IMG/VR virus record: IMGVR_UViG_2515154105_000002
Location: 7,105 to 71,104 of that record
Strand: one strand, 5' to 3'
Source: a virus
Taxonomy: Duplodnaviria > Caudoviricetes
DNA length: 64,000 nt
Each line of letters opens with the position of its first letter. The first letter of the stretch is position 1. The notes beneath the pieces are model-generated. The model ran no database searches and was not told the DNA's origin. It saw only the letters and a program-made list of their open reading frames with translations. The position numbers were made by a program, and so were the translations under genes. Positions 58,201 through 63,400 of the stretch are shown here, one piece after another.

Positions 58201-59544
58201 TTGGTCGGCGTTGGTGAGCTGGTTGGCGATGGGGATGTAGACGCCGTCGACTCGGGCGTGACGCTCCTCGTAGCTGCCTTCCACGCGGCCGATGAGCGTG
58301 CCGTCCGGGCCGTACACGGTGACGTTGCCCTGGTTCCAGGCAGACCAGTAGCCGTCTACACCGTCCACGGGTTCGGCGTCCGCGGGCACCCCAGCGGGCC
58401 GACCGTTCGCTTCGGTGTCCGTCTGCGGCTGCTCGGGGGCGCCCGTCTCCCCGCTCTGGGTGAAGCCCGCGCGTGCGTACTCCGGGATGTCAGCGTCGTC
58501 CGCGGGGCGCTGCGGGGTGGGGGCGGCCGGGGCGGTAGCCGCAGGCGCCGGAGTCCGCTGCTGGTCGTTGCCCGGGCGGGAGGCGCGGAAGTCCTGTATG
58601 GCGCGGGTGATGGCCGCTCCGGCGTCCTCGCTCTTGGTGGAGCGCCAACCGGCAAGGACAGTGGCGAGGTTGGGGTCGGAGAAGTCGATCGGCTCGTTGA
58701 GCTCGCCCGGCATGATGTGGCCGTTGCGGACGTTCGCGTGGATGGCGGCGGCCGCGGCTTCGGCTTCCCGGCGGGTGGCGAAGTCGCCGTCGAGGTAGGC
58801 GCCGGTACCGCTCGCGGTCAGGTACCAGAGGCCGTTGGAGTCGTCGCGGGTGGTGACGAGACCGCCGTCGAGGACGACCTGGAGGTCCTCGTCACCGGCC
58901 AGGCGGCGCAGTGCGGTCGCGTTCGCGCCGGGCTGCTGGGCGAGGGCCAGGAAGTGTTGGCGTACCGCCGCGGTGTCCTTGAAGCGGGAGCTGCCGGCGC
59001 CCTGCCGGTTCGGCAGTGCGGTGATGTCGACGTCGTGGTCGCCGTCTTCGGGTTCGTCCTGGTCGTCGCCGTCGTCGGGGCCGTCTCCGTCGTCGTCGCC
59101 GATGGCGTTGCCCTCGTCGTCGGCGTTGTGCGGGTTGTCGGAGGTGTCGGGGTCGCCGCTGTCGTCGCGGGACAGGCCCAGGCCGCGCCGGTCGTCGGCG
59201 TCGCGGCGGGCGTCCTCCTCCTCGACCTTCTGCTGGTTCTTGGTGGGGGCGCTGCCGTCGGGGCGGGCGACCATGGTGACCCAGCGGGCGCTGGTGCTGT
59301 GCCTGCGGCCGGTGTAGGTGCCGTCCGGGGCCTGGTCCTGGACGAGGATGCGGTCGCGGGGCAGTGCGCGAACGACGCGGGCGAGGTTGCCCGCCCAGAG
59401 GCGGGCGATGCCGCCGGTTTCGATGAACCGTCCCTTGCTGTCGCGCGGGTGCAGGGAGGGGTTCCACGGCCTGCGGGAAACCTTGAGTTCGAGTCCGCGA
59501 CTCAGGTCCTGCGACTCAGCCTGTGCAGTGGGGCGATTCACCAT
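43273..59544 (-). CDS. giant (5423 aa) DarB-like polyvalent protein: N6-adenine MTase + SNF2 helicase + repeat domains
   Basis: VLEAGSGAG and GNVPF (MTase); AHEVGLGKT, DEAH, ATGTPLSN, GTGMNAQ, QRNGRVLRYGN (SF2/SNF2); N-terminal WNPSLHPRDSKGRF. Confidence 0.9.
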   Translation of the reverse strand: MVNRPTAQAESQDLSRGLELKVSRRPWNPSLHPRDSKGRFIETGGIARLWAGNLARVVRALPRDRILVQDQAPDGTYTGRRHSTSARWVTMVARPDGSAPTKNQQKVEEEDARRDADDRRGLGLSRDDSGDPDTSDNPHNADDEGNAIGDDDGDGPDDGDDQDEPEDGDHDVDITALPNRQGAGSSRFKDTAAVRQHFLALAQQPGANATALRRLAGDEDLQVVLDGGLVTTRDDSNGLWYLTASGTGAYLDGDFATRREAEAAAAAIHANVRNGHIMPGELNEPIDFSDPNLATVLAGWRSTKSEDAGAAITRAIQDFRASRPGNDQQRTPAPAATAPAAPTPQRPADDADIPEYARAGFTQSGETGAPEQPQTDTEANGRPAGVPADAEPVDGVDGYWSAWNQGNVTVYGPDGTLIGRVEGSYEERHARVDGVYIPIANQLTNADQIIARHHLATVDPSKADHVTVAWTTHKGKRIIAIRGTIKNDAKDDKAVGAGGKLPWSGMQSARVTTGTWKPETRDRKTADILAEFARQGRNVRVVDEDATPQGETRNPAQQLDEDTKKLRAMSEADLEGHRENLQLHVQAAKQAGKPQREQRARAALQKIEAEIERRRATQDDANKPGTNDSSEPQAPEPAQSPQERAAAMGDSELRDAIRASERERGTYGNRRGEALNDDERALYEDRRRRTTESLNGTDAPEDLSDEDLSAHIKRLNAARAAHNPTMGPGRSEDDLAPDRDLYNDLGSRLETAERTQQLRKIRNIEQRKPVQDLTDDELSREFVGLPINMPRLTAEEQRPLKARNRAVYAEKENRKADKYRNRPDVAGMDDEALNKEFLALNKDRSTVHGVSREALDERVKAVFDEQNRRAMKGREAKVRRAETNASPTSTYTEAVHVDGSRYGSITYHAVDSADQYGYKAGWNASKGRSGSRLGAYPTLPEALAAIVDAYDGDPDTEPQRLYGTPRAVWVPKMFFELYQSNRRADSFTTASKERQTLYSLFASHKYGWSDGTNPLTGKSGKGARLEIPEGLLAELQRVSEEMSREMMLRSTDRELDSSDRSKARSRLASINAALHTIGAKRETVRKDGGDDDLKVISRADMEAQQAALRAALANDDEGADGERLQPGGQGPLDEVPAEGTGGDGRPGEVLPEQGQGDRDGDSGGRGGTGDDRAGGDGVRGPRRTDQADQGDGNGSGAAGAAAGAGAGDRSGAGADAGDAGSAGAARLGVRHVAPRFRPNPADAATKGPVQRAAANVEAIRVMKRLEREQRPANDKEKRTLARWTGWGSVPIMFAAEPQEKEPRYQQGGARHGKYEQDHARWAEYRELRTMLSDELTPVEWRQASRGTMSMHYTPQPIAEAMWDGLKAFGFERGEVLEAGSGAGTFFGVSPEGAHLTGIELDPTTARIAQAIYPDANVLNENFAETDAEPGTFDVAIGNVPFASVPFGDKRYPAESLHNGFITKELALTRPGGITLLITSRHTLDSKGTKARQKIAQYGDLVGAVRLPAGVFNDAGTNVVTDVLVLRRRADGDEPGDQSWINAPERKIGSHRENVNTYFTEHPEHVLGDLAVESSPYGPRLTVKGNPGKAAEQLRDALKQIAEKATADGNGYEPHPDGDDRPRVVLQTAREKHANDWTGRLYEGDDGQLYQHVNGGNPVPVQPSDGRTDQLRALMQLRDVAAELRTLDRKNAEDGRAEKLRAQLGDLHTAYVSKFGPLSKPGQTRTRKTGTTPEGKEERTPTAFGYFRFDPDAGSVLALERWDAEKGEPVLSRVFTERAAARRQPLESTDDPKTALSAVVAAHGRVDLREIARLLNTTPDAALQALGNEVFTDPATGRLELAGAYLSGAVRNKLAAARKAAERDPAFQVNVAALEAVQPPERTIGEFTPEMGAHWTPPALVQGFLREYLGDKTLHVAHDERYGWILHTGKVPQANNVLYGVAADPKKGTKGRAAVEIARALLGNGSLTVYRDDKQKDVDEETSRLVRQKADQMRSEFAKYATADSERLTTLTNAYNGIMNGHVVRSYDGMSPSLDGLTPDRTPHAWQLSGAARMQFERSVVLAHEVGLGKTGTLVMGTQALKSSGQIEKPFAVVPDHLAQQWYDEARFLYPNADVHLITSADLADGRRDATLEWLRANKADLVIFTEPAFGSIKMSPEAQDDYEFRELEALREQLDRQYEDASNPDHPFIVAKIEQRIATVQNRISKNAAPMRTPGETYWDDLGFDYAVIDEAHRYKGVGFRSKEGGGDPATIRGIDLHQKLTDLHTRRGERATVTLATGTPLSNSITEQYTMLALAAPWILDSYNAGAPDLWAATFGRKTLRVENAPDGSGLRIVERFSEFHNRRAMKTMWGLVADTKRADDVGIPRPKVKGGGPNLILVGATKDQTARLKGLVGRGRAIHEGKPKAIRNRKGAMVDDNMLTVSNEGTSVALDPRLIDPKAPAGNKLKAVADKHVERYHQHKDRVYKTYYGSDEDHPVTGALQMVFLNEGVPGGDNKGGFDAYAELKRQMVAGGIPAEKIAFVQDVKKKGKPEEVAELFRKARDGEIAVLIGSSSVAGTGMNAQNRMVSLTHVDLDWGAAQMEQRNGRVLRYGNQNAEVEIDIFATKGSLDGWKAGFVASKAEGLVDIQRPEMADSDTRDTVTELDVDYPDYETMEAEIGGNPYMSQLMKARRSLRDLEIDQHNEAAERVRRAETLTELQHRLKATREAIALREEVMPRIQDVRGNFTMTMGGLPYRDRGDAGKALHRQVATALLEHNRDGMGDSKVIGMFGGLDVEVRTERRADGTLVAHVGFRDLARSDFERTPEDLKKKGVGAGMITRLENALQKAPDLQAADRDSLPGLDEEIALLQTAQASADLTPQIQHARARANLLDDVVGKIADLDKLPEIDESELDKKLKPSERAKIVADRREERIPLQAAVGAAKLRLEQFDEKFPAPERAEKPQQDWDENGDQDRVQLSADEVAQTLDEIRPGDATTGEAAPDGGDLDEEQEPPATPADAEANVDDEDTVHLTQDEVNDTLAGIQPNPVDDNVTPAAPAKPNKDEEQTPQADGSQDGGSDEPPADAPNTAAADDGGENETDGATDGEEDGGTLTLDQDDVAQQLDAIRPEGVKAPTAMSDQEIADEIVSLMEREMADGELTGADRTRMAVLEAEKDRRAGRTPKAEPKKPAPAEPEGGLFDVDEPEQAPQVVDPNNPLDQPDDEFGTPDMFADHEGRDTSRLRPVDMRNPAELAEGDRYIDAEGRTHTVAEPPKMTGRGRVRIVTEDGEERFYSRDAELRLRHPDEDVNDDDNEAAPQLGDDNDQDNEPGAPDVQNDDTEGDREEQENQDDEQRDDDGRRGRDLDADGAAPDEAPEGADGGPQTPDADGGQGEGASDAQDGNNDGEQGNAPGADTDEPDADEPDNEEDEDDRKRRRRRRRRGGDNGGPGGPGGPGMPGLDLPHLPDLNNEAPSGDGDGGERGDGRTGGDRDGHRKPIRSMDELRQSWRNGDRLTNDENTPARRAFLAALADNPTLTLSTGGGLITWTDDPGDTPDGMRTWQFAQARNGGRFGNITLTARDSEQARELADLFELTPDANGHAIDWNEPLSADTLDQWRDSDGRPLPKALRSTRDLFQGDSDQDTEPQAPTAPQPEALPDDLTALSDDELAAAWGRGLSPEDQERAVAEMDRRDAVDQRVRDAIPATPAASAAEVEARGKAMDAALGFGDADVTRRPQTEEERMQREFQDFDEARYSAAIDATNGYFFSRNSRSLPPVDERDLFSGGTLSRFGRWKQYASEELIEWYDNNGGRITYNQFKQQRRHQKRIEQHEYAEQQKQQAANAAAPDAAPQADEGERDPNAPRFANLDAVRDHLRAGQLDEQGTSGVQRTDAPNAEELQAIADDKNTRLSKGGRLLIYPNDAARNGAEYNRRFRIAAPGNMLPVVHDNLEGFGTQKQALRAANALVEHVRDAEGQPFPWDAPDAAERARAFRGPNGETLADTITRVLTEHAPNEGQWGYSQDRAREREAWRQQADEWHRQQEADGYTVVADPNDLQPGDEVTHPTVIRPDGFQPGPNPIGTNRATITEGDRYRHAPVGIQALGSQDHDSYRARGMQTAPDGQTRPTREVRPALGVVRRKPRPDELPDDEQRTRPGPSGQPDTAAPQTDTPAPTPEPAADQDEPTPQVAEPETRPEPEPIGGQPAHWAAVGDLQQGDMARIDGTTRRGRAVTRAGYVLTAPETVSVTRRGRTEDMLRTTISESPDGRSGDRGVVYTPLNASAARAEAPDTDAPTTLPTGAQGAVIDGNLPDRIATDTRGRGLFPGTNVTGSGDRQGTVTGVTDTTVSIRWADGDTDNGIAPASLTADDTTDLRPAGWTATGQRIRPGSLVANENGTLGAVDEVDGDRVTISTGTGPQTHDASRLRVVGEVRDETPQTEPVTGISDQTAGQIAKGDVVVLDIDGTPTTVEILDVTRDGDRTTFEYVDTTTGLVGGIDMDSSAVVHKAEGADGKAPELGPEDAPAPADDMTVQEPVQPIDPVDEPTITPDLTPGDRDAIADNGQGPEDDPDAQQAAARINEDLPVTAPQAAALAAQLRANADPATLEGRAALRAATHLDQAAGQPPAVDGFDHPRPSNAAQIGEGDVIAMPDERRGDEIRVFRVIDVEEGPGGVRSLLLEDEDKQWKRRIVHGAMPVWQLPEPAPQAPAAPDADDAPDAPQAPAAPTMPVTQVRPGSLKVGDVIDAPTSRAGYAFNGHRRLTIIAEPRRNGWWMQLTGIDDDGNVHDFGLHNGRDVNVYERNRPTPALPPTGTPDGRDPNPTPQSVADQLVDGHARTVATRIIDNAIQGTDPAGDIHALREQIAQRLTPEALRDARNSARQEALDALDAAEITGADRDAAKRALRQKRDEAQVATVRAALRTINDLEPLPGESDEELAARARDLLQLIPDHIAGNAPQRDGDGDVTRAVAGHADDAVNALLQQLQAAGVDPGDAEAIVRNLMGHMDGTRPATARRIARRVAANNPAAGRQPGLLARIIAALVRLAKRLGLLLKAAAEKIAEKWRDARERLAKLRAFLARVVRRIGDWPESRRMSRLHRALHLPQTDGETLSARIAHWAELLPETGRFGQAQRRVTWWQPTTWAQLAAGRLPGRSDRIRWAPDQAADGGPGLTGLRHLAALRAAGTDIDQDVTRRLADALGHDFGGDPHGTLRHADDYLATAERRLVNLQAAHPAGTIPDPEIEVEIEAARAEAATARREWEDLRTRYAAAIPDAVAATLADVRDLGPQGTAGIVFGPGGSPDAERAIRDVQQAIPRAWLANRAGRRLTAVEGDSGRYEPATRRATVADLGDDGLGTAAHALGQHLAATMPDLDAAQRAWWFTRTHSGRPGARRPDATSLSHLFDQRQTQPDRGDSLARSLQAMFNGDWFEDDDMRAFLLGLMATR
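55848..56183 (-). CDS. nested TnpV-like protein in an alternate frame of the giant gene
   Basis: GTG with GAAGGGG RBS; YSQVARDHWTKYRPKELAEMADPEKFF...QIRATATDQVLRELL. Confidence 0.65.
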   Translation of the reverse strand: MSVYSQVARDHWTKYRPKELAEMADPEKFFLNKGREIETAILVAEEALETTVPAATEYEDRAGQIRQIRATATDQVLRELLPEPEPETDQAPELTPEMRDLQALRDSVYDM

Positions 59545-59550
59545 GCGCGG

Positions 59551-59580
59551 AGGGTGGGGCGCCGGGGTGTTTAGCGTCGC
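59551..59580 (-). promoter_or_regulatory. putative late promoter (giant gene, leaderless)
   Basis: GCGAC-GCTAA-N14-CACCCT, 6 nt before ATG. Confidence 0.6.
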
Positions 59581-59614
59581 GCGCTGCTCAGGGGTGCGGG
59601 ACGAGATCCCCGAC

Positions 59615-59679
59615 CAAGATCATTCTTGCCCAATTGCGCAAGCCGGGTCCTCAAGATCGTTTTTGCACAATTGGGCAAG
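59615..59679. promoter_or_regulatory. tandem palindromic operator-like sites (copies 5 and 6)
   Basis: CAAGATCATTCTTGCCCAATTGCGCAAG and CAAGATCGTTTTTGCACAATTGGGCAAG. Confidence 0.7.
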
Positions 59680-59694
59680 TCCCGTGCCGTGCGG

Positions 59695-59907
59695 TCACAT
59701 GGTCTCGGTGAGGATGTGGATCAAGAACCATGCGCTGAACCCCGACCAGCCGACGGCGAACACGGCGCGGCCCGCCTTCGAGGTGCGGGTGTGGAACAGG
59801 CGCCGGAAGTTCTCCGACAGGGTGTCTCCCTCACGCCGGTTGACGAGCGCGATCGTCTCGAACGCGCCGAACAAGCAGGACCAGACGATCCAGATGGCAG
59901 CCCACAT
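59695..59907 (-). CDS. small two-TM membrane protein
   Basis: 70 aa, GDTLSE motif; TGATG coupling to portal. Confidence 0.65.
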   Translation of the reverse strand: MWAAIWIVWSCLFGAFETIALVNRREGDTLSENFRRLFHTRTSKAGRAVFAVGWSGFSAWFLIHILTETM

Positions 59908-62384
59908 CAGGGGTTCTCCAGGGCGGTGAGGCCGGTGCGGTAGTGCAGTCGGCAGCGGCAGTTGATGGTGAGGTCGATCGGGGCGAACGGGTCGCCGGGG
60001 TAGCGCAGACTGGCCCCGCCGACGGTGTAGGGCGCACCGGCGGGCAGCGTCTGGCCGTTCAGGGCCTTGTGCGCGGGCCGTACGCGGTCGTCTCCGCGGG
60101 TGATCCAGGTGCGGACGACTGCGGGCCCGGCGTCCTCCGCGGCTGTCTCTGCGGCGCCGTTGATGGTCGCGACGGCGCACGTCTCGGCCATCCGCTCCAC
60201 CAGGCGGGGCCCCTCGGTGCGGTAGAAGAACTCCACGGCGTTCTCAAGGGTGCTGAGGACCGGTGAGCCGTGCTGCACATCGAGTAGGTGCCCGGCCAGG
60301 TCATTCAGCAGCGCGGTCATGGCTTCGCCTGCGTGCCACGAGATGACGTGCGCGGCGAGAACGGCCGTGGCCGGGGGGACGGCGTCTGCGCCGGTGAGGG
60401 ACTGGCGCACCTTGCGGGCGGTCGCCATGGCGGCCTGGTGAAGGATCGGGGCCAGGGTCTGGTGGGTCTCCTCGGCCCAACGGGCGGAGGAGACCACGCG
60501 GTCCGGATCGAGGTCGGCGTCGACGTGCCGGGTGTCGTCGTCGTTCTCGGGCGTCCAGTACCGCGTGTTCTTGCGGATCTTCGGGGCGCGGAGCCGGGCG
60601 AGGATGACTCCCTCCTGCCGCGCGAGGAGCGCGGTCAGAACTGCGGCCACGGCCATGGACAGGCCGTCAAAGTCGTCGTCGGTGACCTCGTAGCCGTCGC
60701 CCTGGTCTGCCGGGTGGGCCTTGCGTTCCACGCGGGCGGCCTCCACGTCTGCGGCCGCGTTGCCCGGGCCGGGCACGCTGGTGGGGGTGGTGCGCGCGGC
60801 GGCGACGTCGTCAGCGGCGTCGCCGGGCAGGGTGAGCGGCATGTTGGCGCGCGCCTGGTCGACGACGGCGGCCGCGCTGTCCCCGCCCGGGCCGACCGCG
60901 GCCTCCGGTGCGGTACCGCGCGCGGCTGCCACGTCGGCGGCCGCGCTGGCGCTCTGGTCCTGGCCGCGGGCTGCGGCGACGTCTGCGGCCGCGGTGCCCG
61001 GCTGCTCGCCTCCGGCCGGGGCGAGGGCGGGCGGCTGCCCTCCAGGGGCGCCGGGCATGGCGCCCGCGGAGGGGTCCTGGGCGACGCCGAGCGCGGCCGC
61101 GTCCTGCTCGTTGGCGGGTACGGGCGCCTTCTGCGGGCTGATCCACAGTGCGCGCGTGTGGGGGACGTCGAACGGGTCCCGTCCGGCGATCTCCCGGTAC
61201 TCGTCCACGGTGATCAGTCCGGCGTTCCACTCCTCGCGGGCCTCTTGGCGGCGCTGGCGGCGCGGGAACTCCAGGGCCTCGACGCCGGAGGTGTTGAACC
61301 GCAGCTTCCATCCGTCGTCGAGGTCCAGGTCGAACGAGGTCGCGATGAGGGACAGGTGCGGCAGCATGGTGTGGGACCAGAAGTTCCACTCTTCGCGGTC
61401 GGCGTTCGCGTACGTCCGCTCGCTCGCGTTGCCGACGATGCTCTCCGGGACGCCGAACGCCGAGAGGATCTCGTCCTTTGCGGTCTTCGACAGCGTCTCG
61501 TAGTTCATGTCGCGCGGCCGCGTGCTGGTGTCGACGTAGTTGAGTCCGCCGGGCCCGCTGCCGACCACGACGGTTTCACCAGCCTGCGCGGCGCCGGGTG
61601 CCAGGCGCTGCTGAATGCGGTCAATCTCGCGCTGGTCGAGTCCGTCGACGTCGATGCCAACGATCCCGGAGGGCCGCGCGTCGTTGTCTATGAAAGCGAT
61701 GTTGTACGTGCGCGCCTTGACGTCCAGGTCGACGGAGAGGCCGGCAGCTTCCAGCGGGGTCACGCCACAGAACGGGTCGGTGGGGTGCGGGTCGCGGATC
61801 CAGATGACGCGGCTCGGGTCGAGCTCGCGGACTCGTCCGTCGTACGTGGTGAACTCGAAGTGAGAGACGTAGTCGCCGTGCGGGTCCGGGATCGGCTGGA
61901 CCCGGTCGGGCGGCAGCAGGTCGAGGCGGGTGATGGTGCCCGCACGGGTGCGGGTGATCTCGACGAACGCACCCTTCTTCGACAGCAGGAGCTGCGCGGC
62001 GAGCCGCTTCTTGAAGACGCTGGCGCGCTCGAGAGGGTTCGACTTCACGTTGAGGACGTGCAGCAGTGGGTGGTCGGTGAGAGTCTCCGCGAACTGGCGG
62101 GAGTCGCCGCCGCGGCCGATCTCGATGTCGAGTGCGGCGGGGTGCTTGGAGATCGCCTCAACGGCCTTGAACGTCCAGACCGACCGCTCGTATCCCTCCT
62201 GAATGACGCGGTCCAGATCCCAGCCTGCGGCCCGGTTCTCGGTGCCCCACACGGTGGTGGTGCCCGCGTAGCTCATGGAGACGTACGAGTTGCCGATCGC
62301 CCCGGCGGACTTCTCCTCCACGGGCGGGGTGACGGACGGCGGCACGAACAGGCGGCGCAGCCCCGGGAAGAGTTGGCGGGGCAT
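59907..62384 (-). CDS. phage portal protein fused to MuF (minor head) domain
   Basis: HPLL..LN, LLPPDRV, EILSAFGVPES, TYAN, GLITVDEYR; C-terminal RTWITRGDDRVRPAH...PGDP...INCRC. Confidence 0.9.
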   Translation of the reverse strand: MPRQLFPGLRRLFVPPSVTPPVEEKSAGAIGNSYVSMSYAGTTTVWGTENRAAGWDLDRVIQEGYERSVWTFKAVEAISKHPAALDIEIGRGGDSRQFAETLTDHPLLHVLNVKSNPLERASVFKKRLAAQLLLSKKGAFVEITRTRAGTITRLDLLPPDRVQPIPDPHGDYVSHFEFTTYDGRVRELDPSRVIWIRDPHPTDPFCGVTPLEAAGLSVDLDVKARTYNIAFIDNDARPSGIVGIDVDGLDQREIDRIQQRLAPGAAQAGETVVVGSGPGGLNYVDTSTRPRDMNYETLSKTAKDEILSAFGVPESIVGNASERTYANADREEWNFWSHTMLPHLSLIATSFDLDLDDGWKLRFNTSGVEALEFPRRQRRQEAREEWNAGLITVDEYREIAGRDPFDVPHTRALWISPQKAPVPANEQDAAALGVAQDPSAGAMPGAPGGQPPALAPAGGEQPGTAAADVAAARGQDQSASAAADVAAARGTAPEAAVGPGGDSAAAVVDQARANMPLTLPGDAADDVAAARTTPTSVPGPGNAAADVEAARVERKAHPADQGDGYEVTDDDFDGLSMAVAAVLTALLARQEGVILARLRAPKIRKNTRYWTPENDDDTRHVDADLDPDRVVSSARWAEETHQTLAPILHQAAMATARKVRQSLTGADAVPPATAVLAAHVISWHAGEAMTALLNDLAGHLLDVQHGSPVLSTLENAVEFFYRTEGPRLVERMAETCAVATINGAAETAAEDAGPAVVRTWITRGDDRVRPAHKALNGQTLPAGAPYTVGGASLRYPGDPFAPIDLTINCRCRLHYRTGLTALENP

Positions 62385-62722
62385 CAGGCTCCCTCACTGG
62401 CCAGCCATATGCCCGTCACCGCGATGGCCGTGCCGATTTCGGCCCAACCAAGGAGCGGGAAGTACATGAAGGTGAGGGCGACGGCGGAGGCGTTGGCGAC
62501 CGCGGTGCTGGCCAGGGACAGGAGGAGCGGCCCGCGGTTTTTGGGTGGCCCCACCAGGCGGTAGGAGACGAGCGTTCCCGCCGCGGCCGCGGTGACGCCG
62601 AGTACGAGGTGGACGGCGCCCAGGACGACGAGCACGACGAGGACGCCGACGGTCGTCAGCAGGAGTCCGGCGATCTCACGGGCGATGCGTCGAGGCGAGG
62701 GTGTCTCAGGCGGTGTGCTCAC
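62384..62722 (-). CDS. membrane protein upstream of portal
   Basis: Four hydrophobic segments; coupled to portal. Confidence 0.65.
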   Translation of the reverse strand: MSTPPETPSPRRIAREIAGLLLTTVGVLVVLVVLGAVHLVLGVTAAAAGTLVSYRLVGPPKNRGPLLLSLASTAVANASAVALTFMYFPLLGWAEIGTAIAVTGIWLASEGA

Positions 62723-62729
62723 GGCGCGC

Positions 62730-62759
62730 ACGATGGGTGCGCGGCCCGCTTAGTGTCGC
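62730..62759 (-). promoter_or_regulatory. putative late promoter (portal operon, leaderless)
   Basis: GCGAC-ACTAA-N14-CATCGT, 7 nt before GTG. Confidence 0.6.
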
Positions 62760-62776
62760 GTCCTCGCGGGTGGGGG

Positions 62777-63313
62777 CTACCGGGGGCGGCTGACGCCGGA
62801 CATGTAGGCGCCGATTCCGCGCCGCTGGATCGTGCCGCCGGGGATGATGCGCGAGTTCGGGGGCGGGGTCGGGCCGGGCTTGCGCTTGGCCCGCTTGGTC
62901 TGGTCGCCGCCGATGAGGTGGGTGTTGTCGACCTTCGCGGCGCAGTCGTCGCCGCGTACCTCGTCGTAGGGGCGGCGGCATCCCTTGCAGTAGACCTCCA
63001 GGGCGTCCACGCGCTGCCCGGCGGTCGTCTTGAAGGAGCCCCGGAAGTCGGCGATGGACGCGATGCGAGGCTCGACCTGGATCTCGGCGGCGACGACCCA
63101 CGTGTGGGACAGGTCCGGCTTCGGCTCGGCCTCGGTGGCCGGCTCGGACTCGTCCGGAGCATTGGGCAGGGGCGGCGACGGCGGCTGCTCCGCCGTCGCC
63201 TCTGCTTCCTCCACCTTCACTGAGGGCTTGGGCACGGCGCACGACTGGAAGAGGGACTCCTGCCAGAAAGCGTGGCCCTCCGCCGATGCGATAGAAGCCA
63301 AAGCGGTCGTCAC
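62777..63313 (-). CDS. hypothetical protein with CxxC
   Basis: EVYCKGCRRPY; GGAGG RBS before GTG. Confidence 0.6.
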   Translation of the reverse strand: MTTALASIASAEGHAFWQESLFQSCAVPKPSVKVEEAEATAEQPPSPPLPNAPDESEPATEAEPKPDLSHTWVVAAEIQVEPRIASIADFRGSFKTTAGQRVDALEVYCKGCRRPYDEVRGDDCAAKVDNTHLIGGDQTKRAKRKPGPTPPPNSRIIPGGTIQRRGIGAYMSGVSRPR

Positions 63314-63400
63314 CCGAATCCTCCATGCCTGCCTGGTGGCGGGGGTTGACGCAAGATCAACCCCCTGTCACAGCACGGAACGCGGATGGGTGGCTTTCTG

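Noticed and set aside
43408-59574. Very long + strand ORFs (593-1491 aa) opposite the giant gene
   Set aside because: Antisense shadows expected from high GC3 codon bias; no motifs or RBS
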